This document shows positions 23,340 through 36,649 of a stretch of DNA of 64,000 bases, piece by piece (position 1 is the stretch's first letter; the number at the start of each line of letters is the position of its first letter). The stretch lies in contig NC_091989.1 in NCBI RefSeq assembly GCF_044704955.1, positions 56,358,001-56,422,000 on the forward strand. The letters run 5' to 3'. The position numbers and the translations under genes are program-made. Below the pieces are notes generated by a model. The model made no database searches. It saw only the letters and a list, made by a program, of their open reading frames with translations, and was not told where the DNA came from. The DNA comes from Pristiophorus japonicus (lineage: Eukaryota).

Positions 23340-23868
23340 TTGGAGTGTGGGCAGGAACATCGGCGGGGCCCAGGTACAGCAGAGGAGTGGGAAGGTCGGG
23401 GCGGATGAGCGGCAAGAGATCGTGGCGGAGGTGTGGCGAATGTTTGGTGCGGAGGAGCAATGAGAGATCGTGGCAGAGGTGCGGCGAGTGTTTTGTGGCG
23501 GAGGAGTGGGCGAGAGATCGTGGGGGAGGTGTAGCAAATGAAGGTACGGGGCCCAGACGAGCCAAGGGCACCACAGACCAGCCCACACTGCGATATGTGT
23601 GCGTACTAGGACCGTGCAGCAGAGCAGGTCTCCAGTCGTCCTGGTTAACCTTTGCCAATGGATAAAGGCCGAGTTCTGTCAAGCCCATGTGGTGGCTGAT
23701 GTGCAACGGACACCACACGTTAAAAAATCCAAGCACAGACATCTTCCACCCCTGGAGTTCAGGACTGGAATATCGGGTCCTTCGTTAAAACATCTGTGAA
23801 CTCATCGCTTTTGGTGTGGAAGCAAGTCATCCTCATTCGAGGAACCGCCTATGATGATGATGATGATG
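23340..23868 (+). mobile_element. Non-autonomous RTE-derived SINE-like element
   Basis: Body CCCACACTGCGATATGTGTGCG..GGTCTCCAGTCGTC; 3' end GTGGAAGCAAGTCATCCTC..CCTATGATGATGAT shared with the RTE tails; copies at 41.15-42.17 and 63.29-63.81 kb. Confidence 0.75.
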
Positions 23869-24029
23869 TGGCTTAGGAGAAGTTAAATGTCATTAGGCAT
23901 CCACACCATTATGGGTGCATCTTTGGAAACTGCCACTTGGAGGAGGCCAGTAATTCCAGTAGAGGACATCCGTTTTGAGCTGGTGCTGTGCTTGAAAGTG
24001 CCCCAAACGTCTTAATGAAGCATCTCAGG

Positions 24030-24720
24030 ATGTTCAGCGGAACAGCCATGAGACTACTCCCCTCTCTCCTGTAAAATCTCTTCCTGAAGTGGGATGGAGG
24101 GCCACTTCATTGCCATCCTCTTCAACCTTGTGAAGTACAGGTAGTAATCCTTTCTGTAGAGCAACAGTATGCAGCACATGGTAAGGTACAATATCTGGAC
24201 ATTCTTGCTGGGCTGTACTACAGGACTCCACCAGATTTGTCCAGGGACTGAAAACGAGACTCCACAATCCCAATGGTTTGCTCCATCACACTTCTTGTAG
24301 TCCCATAGGCTAATTTCCTCCCCAATCTGTTTGCAAATGTCATACTGGAATTCATTAGTAAACGCATACCTGATCACAAATCATCTATCCTAATGCATGG
24401 TTTTGAGTCATCAGGTCTGGTCTGGCAGATTGTTGCATGATGAAAGCATCATGCCAGCTTCCTGGACAATCAGCATTAACATGCTGAATAAGATGAATGA
24501 CATCACACACTAGCTGGACATTGATAGAGCGAAACAAAGCAATTTCCTATTAATGAAATTGAGGGGATCATCATATGGAGCATTCAAGGTCACATGTGTT
24601 CCATCAATTCCCTGCATCTGTGGTAAACCTGCCAGAATTAAACTGCTCACACTCTTTGATTGGCAGGTTCCACTGAGAAGGTTATGAAATACGAGGATGG
24701 TCTGAATAGAGCATCTGCGG
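24030..24720 (-). pseudogene. Harbinger (HARBI1-like) DDE transposase remnant
   Basis: Minus-strand GIDGTHV, FINRK, SINVQLVCD, PGSWHDAFI, RSVMEQTIGI..SRFQSLDKSGG, with stops and frameshifts. Confidence 0.8.
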
Positions 24721-25491
24721 TGGTCACTTTTTGGGCGGGATTGTGGTGGTCAGCTACATTGTCCCATTTACTCTTTATACAATTCCAAAACTACTCCCAA
24801 AACAGGCAGTATTTCAAACCAAAGTACAGCCCTGTGTTCAAGGGCAGAAAGCTAAAGACACAGATTTCATACATAAGGGACATATTCCACTAATAGAAAC
24901 TGTTGTCAAGCTGTTTGAATAAGAAAGCTGTCAGAATTCTAAGAGTGCGAAACTGGAGCACCATTAGAAATCATTTCAATGCTTTCCTTGTATAACTTTT
25001 CAATTATTTGTATACCAGCTTTTTTTTTTGGATCTATGTTAAAGTGCAGAACACTGCATTTCAAAACGCAGTGTTGTTAATAGTGAACAGGTCTTCCTTT
25101 ATATTATTGAAAGAAAAAGCTTTTGAGCTTCTATAGTATGTGACTGATGTTTGATCCTTTAAGGTAGACTGTTATTGAGTTGTATTGCAAAATGTTTTAT
25201 TGTTTCTGCTTTATTATACAAACCATTTAATTACTTCCAGCTGAGAATTAGATATTTCGGCTTAATAGAAAGTAATATTACTTTAAAGTTAAAAGCATTT
25301 AAGTGCTAAGGAGACGTTCTGTCATTCTTATCTCTAGTTTATAGAAAGTAAGATATATTCAGTTTACGTCTATGTTAGGAGACAGAAATATCTAAGATAT
25401 CAAAGAGCTATCTTAGTTGAACTAACCAGTTCTATATCAATAATATCACAAAGGTTTTTCAAAATTGCTGATCAGAGTCCTGAAACGATTT

Positions 25492-26102
25492 GGGCTGGAT
25501 TTTCTGCTTTTCTGTTTTCGGGGCGATAAATGCGGTGGGGCGGGAAAGTTAGCGACCGGGAATAGTTTGCGCTTTAGTATGTAAGTTTGGTCATCTGGAC
25601 CCTGCGTCAGGGGGGCGCAGTGCTAAGGGAGGCATTGTATACCTCTCGTGGGGCAAGCATGGAAAACTCCCAAGCTAAAGAGCCGGGCCGTTAGTGCTCC
25701 GATAGAGGCCTGGGGCGGGGGAAACTTAAAAAACCCACAAAAACAATCCTAAAACATTGCCCATGCCACAACATAAATCGCACAAAAAATTAAAACAAAA
25801 AACACTGGCACTTACTTTTGTCGTACTTTACCTTCCTTTCCGTTGCCGGGATCGCTGGACCACTCTGATTTCCCAGGCGATCATTGCGGGCACACTTCCG
25901 GGCGGATGCGTCGGGCAGGAGCTGCAACGAGCGCCAGTGTCGCAACCAGGCCTGTTGCACACCCAGCGCAGCTCTTCCAAGCGGTGCTGATGCCACAAAA
26001 CCCGACCGGAAGATCGCGGCAGGGCGCTGGAGACCTCATCGCCGCCGATCACGCCACTCCGGGGCGAAACCCAGAGCACAAAGGACCGGAAAAATCCAGC
26101 CC
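25492..26102. mobile_element. Harbinger-type MITE
   Basis: Terminal inverted repeats GGGCTGGATTTT / AAAATCCAGCCC; GC-rich non-coding interior. Confidence 0.72.
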
Positions 26103-26509
26103 AAAGAATAGGGCTCACAAATATATTTTTTCACAAAAATAATCAACGAGGGTCAAAGAGACACACTACCACTTACTGCTTCCCAGTGGCAGGAAAGAAA
26201 ATAACCACAAGACAAAATGATCTGTTCACTGGTCTTCTAATACAAAAAAATACAAAATGTGTTCATTACTCAAAAATGGCATTTTGAGCAAGCAGCATTA
26301 TTTGTGCAGGCACAATTAACAGCCAGCCCATTATCACCCAACTTGAGCAATACTCAAGTATATTCTATATTCTGAGTTTTGATTTCAGTGTACTGGTTCT
26401 AAAATGACTGGAGTTGCCTGTATGTTTCCCAGGTGAACGTCCCTTCTGCAATTCCTTCCAGCACCTGGCATCGTCAAACTGCACCTGCCTTGTAAGAGAT
26501 GCAGGCTGG

Positions 26510-26862
26510 CTTTAAGAACTTTGCGGATGACAATACTGAGGAAGACTGAAACAAATTACAGGAGGACATTAATAAACTTGCAGAATGGGCATATAATTGG
26601 CAAATGAAGTTCAAATGTGAGGTATTACATTTTGGTAGAAAGAATAGGGAGATCACTTATTATTTGGAGGCTGCGAGTCCAGGTGAGGTAGGAACAAAGG
26701 GACCTTGGAATACAAATATACAAATCACTAAAAGTTGCGACACAGGTTAGCAACACCATAAAAAAAGCAAACCAAGCACTAGGGTTTATTTCTAGAAGTA
26801 TAGAATTGAAAAGTTGGGAAGTTATGCTAAACCTGTATTGAACTTTGTTTAGACCACACCAT
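26510..26862 (+). mobile_element. CR1 ORF2 fragment
   Basis: FADD..LQEDINKLAEWAYNWQMKF, KCEVLHFGRKN. Confidence 0.8.
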
Positions 26863-28172
26863 GGGTTCAATTTTTCCCGGTCATTTGCGCTGCTTTTTTG
26901 GCGTAAGTTTTTAAATTCAAATTTCCCCAAGGAATCTGCACCAGCGTAACTGAGTTAGTTACGATTTTTTAGGTTTGTTTTTTTTTTTGAGGTCATAGTG
27001 GGTGTTACCTCATGTCTGCGCCAGTTTTTATAATTTTTCAAAGTTTGCCCCCCAAAAATTATCCTAGGTCTTGGCCACTCCCGAAAAACTTTCTGGTGAG
27101 TTAAGAGAAAGCAGCGCACATTGAAAAATCGGTGCAGAAAGACACCATTGTTATTCATCAAAGTTTTGGAGGGAGATAAGAACATTTTAAATATGCATAA
27201 TAAAGATTAAATTGTTTTCCCTTACAACGGAATAGATGGAAGTTTGATGGAGTTCTGAACTTTTCTTTTTTTTTAAACTCACGCCACCACCGAACATCTT
27301 CAAACAGGGCTGGAGGATCAGAGCGTCAGTCGGCAGAAACTGGCCCCACGCCCGGTCACGGGCTCGGAGCTTGGCTGCAAAACAAGCTCGGGGGGGTTGG
27401 GGGGAGGTGGCGATCGGAAGACTGCACTAGGCATCAAATGAGCCCGGGGGGGTTTGGGGGTGGAAGGTGCTGTTCAACGCGATCGGAACAAGTCACAAGG
27501 CTGCAATGAGCGTGGGAGGGGTTGCGGGGGAGGGGGATGGGGTGGGGGGGGGGGGGTGTTCCCAATCACTGCGCTTGCTCAGACCTGGGTGTGGTCCATG
27601 CAGACCTTGGGGAGAGAGAACAAAGAACCTGTCCTGCCTTCCTACCTTTTTGAGCTTCTTGCAAAGGTAAAATGTAAGCATGGGGGCAATACTAACAATG
27701 CCATACCTTGTGCGCATCTTCTGCATGATGATGCTGAGGAGGAGACAATTGATTCAACGTCATCGCATGAGGAACTTCAGAGCCCGTAAGGTGCTGGGCA
27801 GGAGGCCTCACCCACCTCGGGTACATATGGAGACAGGCGGTTGTACCTGCATCTGAGTGATGCAGACTGTGTCAGAAGGCTGTGTTTCTGCAAAGAAGTT
27901 GGCACTGAGATCTGTGAGTTGGTGAAAGCAGACCTGCAACCTAGAAGCATCAGGAGGACTGCTTTGTCAGTTGAAGTGAAGGTTACAGCTGAACTTTCAT
28001 TCCATGCATCCGGATCCTTGCAAACTGGGGATGTGTGCACCATTTCTCAACATGCAACACATGCCTGCATTCAGCAGGTGACTGCTGCACTATATGCCCG
28101 GAGGAATGACTACATCAAATTTCCCATGACCGCCCAGGCTGCTGGCTTCCCAAATGTAGAGGGCTGCATTGG
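26863..28172 (+). mobile_element. Harbinger transposon left arm with N-terminal transposase remnant
   Basis: TIR-like GGGTTCAATTTTTCCC start; ORF 27841 LSDADCVRRLCF..ICELVKADLQP..ALSVEVKVT..FHASGS..GDVCTISQ..YIKFP..AGFPNVEGCI is HARBI1-like. Confidence 0.8.
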
Positions 28173-28428
28173 TTCACTCTGGAGCATCCACGATGCTGAG
28201 AATGACGTGAGTAGCACGTGTAGCGAGTTGGTCTTACTGCAGGAGAAGGGTCCACAGCCAGCTAGGGAATGGAAGACCAGCAGGAAGAGTAGTGCAAGAA
28301 AGATAGTGCAGGGGTCCCCTGTGGCCATCCCCCTGCAAAACAGATACACTGCTTTGAGTACTGTTGAGGGGGGTGACTCATCAGGGGAGGGCAGCAGCAG
28401 CCAAGTTCATGGCACCGTGGCTGGCTCT
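28173..28428 (+). mobile_element. CR1 ORF1 fragment
   Basis: QGSPVAIPLQNRYTALSTVEG is typical of CR1 ORF1. Confidence 0.65.
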
Positions 28429-28429
28429 T

Positions 28430-28610
28430 TCTTCACCTCCCCCTTCAGTGATCCTTAAGAATCTGTTCTTTTCGAACATTCGCCATTTCTGACGAAGGGT
28501 CATCGACCTGAAACGTTAACTCTGTTGTTCTCTCCACAGATTCTGCCTGACCCATTGAGCATTTTCTGTTTTTATGTCAGATTCCAGCATCCGCAATATT
28601 TTTCTTTTAT
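28430..28610 (+). mobile_element. Penelope-like terminal repeat with a minimal hammerhead ribozyme motif
   Basis: CTGACGA-AGGGTCATCGACCT-GAAAC-GTTAAC (28489-28520) followed by TTCTCTCCACAGA..CCAGCATCCGCA; related piece at 56440-56555. Confidence 0.6.
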
Positions 28611-31600
28611 ATAAGCATATGAGGGAAAAGGGAATAGAAGGTTATACTTACAGTTTTGGATGAGGAAAGACGGGAGGAGACTCAACTGGAGCATAAACGC
28701 TGGCATGGACTGGTTGAGCTGAATGACCTGTTTCTGTGTCGTATATCCTTTGTAATCCTATGTAAAACTGCAGGCTCGCTTTAATTGGTGCTGGCCTCGC
28801 ACCAACTTGGGACCCCTGCTGAGCATGCAACCACTCAGCAGTGCCTTTAGGGCTTGGCTGCATACCACTATCATTTAAATTAGCAGGCAGCACGAAGTTT
28901 ATGTCCTCGCTGCATTACTTTGAACAGGCACGGGTTAATCCACATTGCGATCCTCGCCTATTTTGGCGAGATATCAAATATTTAGCCTTACATGCTTTAA
29001 CTTCATTTTGATGTGTTCTGGGATTGTGGAGGAGAAGTAGGGATAACATTTGTGCACTCATAATGATCTCCTTACCTCTGATGATCCAGTGGTGAGTGCC
29101 TACATAACAGTGCTCTCCTACTGTCCATTGACCAAACACTCAAGGAGGGCCTGTTTCTCAAATAGACTTCATGGCTACTCTTGCTTTTCAACTCTTTTCT
29201 TCACCTATCACAACAGTTCATCATGAGCTACAGCCTCCTCCCAAATCATAATTACGCCCTTTAGGGCAAACCCCAAGATAGATTTTGAAGATACGGGGAC
29301 AGGATTTTGATTAATTGACATTGGCAATATATAAACTGAGGATATCATCACAATAAAGTTTTGCAAAAAAATTGAGCATCAATCTCATTGTGTTGAGGCA
29401 TTTACTACAATCATTTTAACATTCTGGTAGTAACATAAAAGCCACTCAGTATCCTGAGCACTTTTAATTGTGATTTAATTTCTTATAAGCCATTCTACAC
29501 TGACCTGTACTAATATGTAATTTATTGAGCAAGGCTCACTCAGTTCCTAGATCTGTTTTATTAAGTTACACTAAATACTACTGAGATTCTCTCTCTCTAA
29601 TGTTCAATAAGTTTAGCGGATTTGAAAATAAAAGCATTTTATTCTTTATTGGGCCAAAAATTGCGATTGAAGGCGTGCCTCTGGAGTACGCCACCGACCC
29701 GTGAAAGAATTACGCACCTACCTGTTGGCGGCGAGTCTGTGAAAACGGATCCCAGGGATGCAGGCATGTGGAAGTGTGCCTGGGATCGTGTGGGCCAGAT
29801 CCTCCAATCACAAGGCAGAATTCAATTTTAATCATTTCCAAAGAGAGTCCCATAATGAGATGTAATGGAAGCTTTATATCTGATCTAATTACCATCTACA
29901 TAATTTGAATTTAATTCATAATTAGCTTCATTCCACCAACCTCACTAAATATGTAATTTTTGATCATCATTTTCAACATCATTAAAACTCTAATCCAGGC
30001 CAATATTTGCAGAAATTAATTTGATAGTGTATGTGCATAATTTCCGATATTAACATGTTTCAATCATGCCTGAGGCATCCCCTTCCACTGATGCAAACAG
30101 GCCCTGCCCTGCATCTGTTTGCATCAACTGTAACATATCCATGTGCAATAGCTAGCCAGTCGGTGGGCAAACTGCCCAATTGCCGAGCATTTGCTTCTTT
30201 GTGGCCCACATGTAGGGCCTGTCGACACGTACGTTGACACACCACAAGTTCCAGTGGATTTCAAAGGATGTATGGCGGCATATTCTGAGAACACCACCAT
30301 ACCGACCACAAAATCCAGGCCAAAATGTTTCATAAACTGTTCAAAACTAAAGGGGTGCTATTTATTTATAGCTGGTGGCACCTGAGTATGTGCGGTCAGC
30401 AAGCGAGTACCTAATTTACTAAGACCACTCCGGGTGTATCTCCAATGCTCGATGCAGCTGAAAATTCCAGAGCCTGTCTCCCTGACATGGGAGAGGGAGA
30501 TCTGTTTCTGTGCTTGTAAATTCTATGTAACTGGGTCCCTGATTTTTTTCCAGGGAGTCCGCTAGAGTTACAGCAGCAAACCGGGAGAAACCGTGAGGAA
30601 ATTCGGGGCTAATGTGTAAACTTTCCTTTTTTCCTCCTACGTGAGCATTTGTGAAAGGAATACATTTCTCTGAATTTCTTTAGCATTCACCATAAAGGCA
30701 TTTTGTATACACTGACAGACATCAGTTCAGTTCATGTTCTGTTTCCAGTGCATGTATTTCCTCTCTTCCGATTTGCAGTTATATATCCCTCTTATTGCCA
30801 AAATATGAAACATGCAAAACACAGCCAAGTTTTTGCAAGCTAATTTTGTTTTAGTTGCCCCAGCTCATTAGGGACATGGATGTATCCAAAGCACGAGGAG
30901 TTCATTGATGAGATAATGGAGAGGGTTGGTGAGGGTATATGAACTTTCAAAAGACGTTTGATAAAGTACCACATAATAGACTTGTTAGCAAAGTCTCGTG
31001 ATACCTCTCAAATTTATTTAAAAAGCGATTAACATTAATGCTTCTACTTTCTGGGTACATTTGAGTGGCAGGTCTCACATATGTTGATTGAGCAGCAGGA
31101 TCTCAAAAACAGAATGGTTTTGGATATCAACGCTGATGAGTAAACGGGAGAAAAAAATTTTTTTTTTTGTATAGGATTAATTTTCTGGAGTGGCTGGGAA
31201 TTTGATATTTTCTAATTAATTAGGATGGGGAGGGACTTTAAAGGGCTTTGAACCAGAAAGTAAGTAAAATTCCATTAATTCCCATTAATAAATTATTTGC
31301 TGGTTTCAAATTGTATATCACGAACTGAGCCTTTAAAGGTATGACATTAAGCCACAAATTATTGTCCCTGATGTTATCGTATGATCACTTAAGACCCTTT
31401 TGCCAAATTCTTCTCTCCACTATTTTAATGGGGTCATTATATATTCATCAGATTAGCCTCTCTGTTAAAATAGAGGGGAAGTTGGTAAGAATGCATTATG
31501 CATTAATATATTGGCATATGCAATTATGTCTTCAATTGTACAGAATTACAACTTTCTGTGAAATAGAAATATTCAAGAACCAATAATAATATTTTGTAAA

Positions 31601-31886
31601 TTAAGATAAATTATGATTCCAATTGACAATGTAAAATTTGTATATTTTCATGGCTATATTATCATAATTTTGAAGAACTTTAACAATTTCCATGCTAACT
31701 AGTCCATATTACATCTTCAGAATACAAATTGCATCTTTAAGAGGTAAAGCCATCAGCTTGTCCCAGAAAGTTGTGGGTTCAAGACCCTCACCAGAGACTT
31801 TAGCATGTGATCTATGCTGACTGACACTTAAGTGCAGAACTGATTGAGTGCTGCACTGTTGGAGATGTCGTCTGCTCATTCAGGCG

Positions 31887-34800
31887 TGTTATGTATGTTA
31901 ATGTATGTACTGTAACACTAGACCACTGAATGTACCTTCACACTGTATACACCATACCTGTACTACCAGAGGATGCTACTGGTGGAGACCTAAGGGTCAC
32001 CTGCACACTGCAGGTAACCAAGTATAAAAGGGAACTCACCTCATTGTGTCCTCACTCAAGGAGCTGCAATAAATGGACTAAGGTCACGACAGTTCAAGTA
32101 CTATACCCTTACCTCGTGGAGTCATTATTAGAGTGCTTGCATATACTACAACTGGCGACGAGGTTATGAATTTCCACACACATGTCTAATCTAAACAACT
32201 TCCAACAATTCACTGATGGGGAAGATTGGGATGCCTTTGTGGAACGACTCGAACACTTTTTCATCGCGAACGACCTGGCTGGAGACACACCAATCTCGCT
32301 GGCTGATAAGTGCAGAGCCATCTTGCTCAGCAGTTGTGGGCCCACTATCCATGGCCTCGTCAGGGACCCGCTAGCCCCAGCGAAGATAACAACCAAGACT
32401 TATGCGGAGCTCGTAACTATAATACAAGAACAACTCAAACCTAAAGAGAGCATCCTCACAGCCAGACACCAGTTCTACACCCACCGGCGGCCCGGAGGCC
32501 AAGAAATTGCTAAATATGCTGCAGACCTGAGAAGATTGGCTGCACCATGTGATTTTGGCGACTACCTCACCGAAGCACTAAGGGATATCTTCGTTATTGG
32601 AATCAGCCACGAGGGTCTCCTCCATAAACTGCTCTCTGCAGACACTACGATTACCCTACAGAAGGCAATTAAAGCGAGCCAGGCATTCATGATTTCGGTC
32701 TGCGACTCCAAGAGGATGATGACTCACACCCAAGACTCTAACCCGACGAGTACATTGAACTGAATGGCGACTTTCGGAGGCAAGACTGCTGGCCCAAGTC
32801 CCGCAAACCTGAGTCCGCCACATGGGGCCAACCGGCTAGCCCCATGCTGGCGCTGTGGAGGAAACCACAGGGCCCACCAGTGCCGATACAAAGACTAAAC
32901 TTGCAAAGGCTGTAACACTAAAGGTCACCTTCAGAGAATGTGTAGAAAAAGCTTTACTCACCGCGTAGCTGAAGATTTGGCTGATCACCTGGGCTCCAGC
33001 GCTGGTGAAGACGAAGCGGCTCAGCCCCTGGAAGAGGAGTACGGAGTGTTTACCTGCTCCACTGAGAGTTCCCCGTGGAAAATGGAAGTAGAAATCAACG
33101 GTGTTCCAGTCTCGATAGAGATCGACACAGGGGCGAGCCAATCGCTGATGAATCAGACGGCCTTCGAGAAACTCTGGGACAATCCCGCCCAATTACCCAA
33201 AATGTTCCCAACCCAGAAGAAGCTGCTCACTTACACAAAAGACACTATCCCAGTCATTGGCAGCGTGGATGTCCAGGTATCCCATGGCGGCGCGATGCAC
33301 AAGCTTCCTTTGTGGATTGTTGCCGGTGATGGTCCAACGCTGCTGGGAAGAAGATGGATGAAGCAAATCCAAATCTGTTGGAGCAGGGAAAGCCTCCAGG
33401 CCCCGACGATCGACATCCCATGCAGTCCCAAACTTGGATCCATCGCAGCACCTAGAAATCCTACTGTCCAGCTCGACTGCGTGGCGACGACACAGACTGC
33501 ACAACTCAACGGCGAGGTGATCCAACCTGAACGACCAGACCTCACCTTCCGGGCTCCAGTGGCGGGACTCCGAGCGAAGAAGATCGGTGCAGAAAGTAGA
33601 TTCCCGGCTTCTGTGGCAGAACCTGGGTAGAAAAGGAACACCGCAGCCTACCTCGTGGAGAGAGAGAAGATGGCGGCTGCACCACGAGGTGAAGCGCCTG
33701 AAATCAAGATGGCCACAACCAGACCACGAGGGGCAGCGTTGAGGGAGCAACACGTGATGCTGAGCAGCGAACTGGATTGGGGTAAAGATTACAAGGCCCT
33801 CTTAAAGGAGACCGGCAACCCAAAACAATTAAAGGGACAGTTCCACTCTTGGTACAGCGATGCCGGTGACACTAATGATAAAGGTGTAATTAATGAATGC
33901 AAGTATATAAATGTACTGTTGAACGGTGATGCTGGTAATGCTAATGGGACAAATGTAACTAACAAAGGCAGGTATCCAAATGTAACCTTGCACAGAGATA
34001 CTGATAGTACACAGGGAAGTGCTATAATGGACAAATATGAAAGTGTAAAGACAAATAACTATGTCGAGTCGGCTGGTTGCGGTCGGAGCCAATGTATCAT
34101 GAATGCTAATGGTAAAATGAGAAATGATGCCGGGTCCTACATGTATGCCGACAATGCCAAAGGCAACCTCCCGTGGGAAACACCCAGGTCCAGCGGGCTA
34201 CCCAATCATGTAGCCTGTGCCTCCGGGACCAATGTGTTGCCCCAGGGAGGGTGGCCACACACAGTGAGAACATACCCACTACAAGGACAGCGATCAATGG
34301 ACGGCACAGGCACCACCACTGGCAACCTGCCCCAGATCAGCTCTACACCCCTGGCCACCAGAGCTAGCACCGGGAGCAAGAGGCCAGTACCCGCCAGCTT
34401 TCCTGACTGTACCTGGGATGACCAGATTTCCACCACCAATGAAGGGCAGCAAGTTGACCCTACAGCCCTCAATGGAGGGCAGGGAGGCCACACCACCCTG
34501 TGGTTCTGCCCACCACTAAATGACCTCACCCACCCAGACAATATAATGTATGTACCTTACCTATAACATGTACTTGCTCCACCACTGCTGAATTCAAAAA
34601 CAGTGACATAACCAACCTGATCCCTTACTCACTCTATATGTATGCCAATGCAGGTGTTGAGCCACACACACGGTCTATGTATGGGGGGGGAGGGGGGAAT
34701 GGATGTATGTAGCCATGTACACATGGATCACACCCAGAACCCACACAACTCTCACTACAACCTCCAACCGTCCACTGCCGACCACTTCCCAATGTCATGG

Positions 34801-35198
34801 CAATAAGGACTTGGGGGTCCACAGGGAGAGAGCCATTCCCAAGCAAAGACAAAGTGCAAGGGCTTTGGGCACTCAAGTCGAGGGCCAGAGAACACAGTGC
34901 AAATGCCTGTGGCACAAGACTTAGGGGGATGTGTTGTTACGTATGTTAATGTATGTACTGTAACACTAGACCACTGAATGTACCTTCACACTGTATACAC
35001 CATACCAGTACTACCAGAGGGTGCTACTGGTGGAGACCTAAGGGTCACCTGCACACTGCAGGTAACCAAGTATAAAAGGGAGCTCACCTCATTGTGTCCT
35101 CACTCAAGGAGCTGCAATAAACGGACTAAGGTCACTACAATTCAAGTACAATACCCTTACCTCATGGAGTCATTATTAGAGTGCTTGCCTATACTACA
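31887..35198 (+). mobile_element. Gypsy-1: non-autonomous Mag-like LTR retrotransposon (Gag-PR-X, no RT/RH/IN)
   Basis: 264-bp LTRs 31887-32150 and 34935-35198 (about 10 differences); TSD AGGCG/AGGTG; PBS TGGCGACGAGG (tRNA-Ser GCT) at 32153; PPT before the 3' LTR. Confidence 0.93.
32182..34566 (+). pseudogene. gag: Gag-protease-unknown tail polyprotein, one reading frame with three stops
   Basis: EDWDAFVERLEHFFIAN gag; CWRCGGNH..C and CKGCNTKGH..C knuckles; IDTGAS and TLLGR protease; ORFs 32182, 32938 and 33655 share a frame (stops at 32761, 32896, 33628). Confidence 0.85.
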
Positions 35199-35589
35199 AG
35201 GTGGATATAAACGATCCTATGACACTATTTGAAGAAGACCAGGAGAGTTTTCCCTAGTGTCCTGGTCAATATTCCACCCTCAACCAACATCACTAAAACA
35301 GATTATCTGGTCATTATCTCATTGTTGTTTGTGGGACCTTGTTGTGCGCAAATTTACCTACTTTACAATGGTGATTACACTTCAAAAATTAATAAATGTT
35401 TGTGAAGAGCTTTTTTGCAATGTTGAGAGCAAAAAGATGCTATACAAATGTTATTTTTTATTTTTCTTTCGCTTTCTCTCTAGATGATTATGACTGCCAT
35501 CAGTGCCTTTTACCTTTACTGCATAAGCTGATTCATTAAACATTGTGTGTGCACTGAAGCAAAAAAACTCCAGACATAAATAAACCAGA

Positions 35590-36648
35590 AAAAAAAATCA
35601 CAACTGAAGCAATGCTTAATGGTATATACTTCAGTGCAAGGAGTCTAGTGAATAAGGCAGGTGAGCTGAGGGCACAGATAGATATAGCTATTAGTGAAAC
35701 ATGGCTAAAAGGGTAGGAATGGCAACTAAACATGGTTTTCAGAAGAGATAGAGAGCGGGTCACAATGTTGGTTAAAGAAACAAATAAAGATGTAAGGAGG
35801 GATGATAAATTAGAAGGATTATCAAATGATGCCATATGGGTGGAACTGAAGAAAAAAAGGGGAGCAATTATACTGCTGGGAATGTACTATAGACTCACAA
35901 ATAGTGAGAGGGAGATAGAAGAGCAAATATGTAGGCATATTTCTGAGAAGTGCAAAAACAATAGAGCAGTAATAGTAGGGGATTTCAACTACCCTAATAT
36001 TAATTGGGATAGAATTAATGTGAAAGGTATAGAGGGCACAAAATTCTTAAAATGCAGCAGAATTTTTTTAGCCATTACATAACAAGTCCAACAACAGAGG
36101 GGGCAGTTCTGAACTTGGTTTTAAGGAATGAAGCTGGGCAGGTCGAAGGAGTCTCAGTGGGAGAGCCTTCTGGAAGTAATGATCATAATTCAGTTAGATT
36201 TAGCATAGTTATGGAAAAGGACAAAGATAGATCAGGAGTAAAAGTTTTTGATTGAGAAAGGCCAACTTTACTAAGCTGTGATGTGAAAAGTGGACTTCAA
36301 ACAGCTACTTGAAGGTAAATCAGTGTCAGAGCAGCTGGAGGCATTCACGGAAGAATAGTGAGGGTTCAGAGCAAATATATTCCCACAAAGAAAAAGGGTG
36401 GCACTTCCAACTCTAGAGGCCCCTGGATATCAAGGGGCAAACTGGTTGGGATAAGGCAAAAAAGGGAAGCTTATATCAGATAATGAGAGCTAAATACTGC
36501 AGAAAGACTAGAGGAGTATGGAAATAGAGTATTATAGAGTATAGAAATGCAGGGGTGAAATTTAAAATGAAATTAGGAAAGCAAAGAGAGGGAACATAAA
36601 AATATTGGCAAGTAACATCAAGGAAAGCCCAAAGATGTTTTATAAATA
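35590..36648 (+). mobile_element. CR1 ORF2 endonuclease-region fragment
   Basis: IAISETWL, IWVELK, VIVGDFNYPNINW, PTTEGAVLNLVL, SNDHNSVRF AP-endonuclease motifs. Confidence 0.85.
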
Positions 36649-36649
36649 C

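Larger units (their letters stand above)
31750..35460 (+). mobile_element. Deu-domain SINE split by the Gypsy-1 insertion
   Basis: Head 31750-31886 (GTTGTGGGTTCAAG..CAGAGACTT) resumes at 35199 (GGTGGATATAAACGATCC..CCCTCAACCAACATCAC). Confidence 0.75.

Noticed and set aside
23060-23950. ~110-bp direct repeat around the RTE-SINE as LTRs
   Set aside because: No TG...CA ends, PBS or PPT; it includes the (TGA)n tail, so it is a local tandem duplication
25465-25490. CTGATCAGAGTCCTGAAAC as a hammerhead ribozyme
   Set aside because: The core is not CUGANGA and there is no stem II pairing
27841-28458. 205-aa ORF as a novel domesticated HARBI1 fusion gene
   Set aside because: Chance in-frame join of a deleted Harbinger transposase N-terminus and a CR1 ORF1 fragment; the catalytic core is absent
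30089-30127. 12-bp hairpin TGATGCAAACAG...CTGTTTGCATCA as a pre-miRNA
   Set aside because: The stem is too short and the flanks do not extend the pairing
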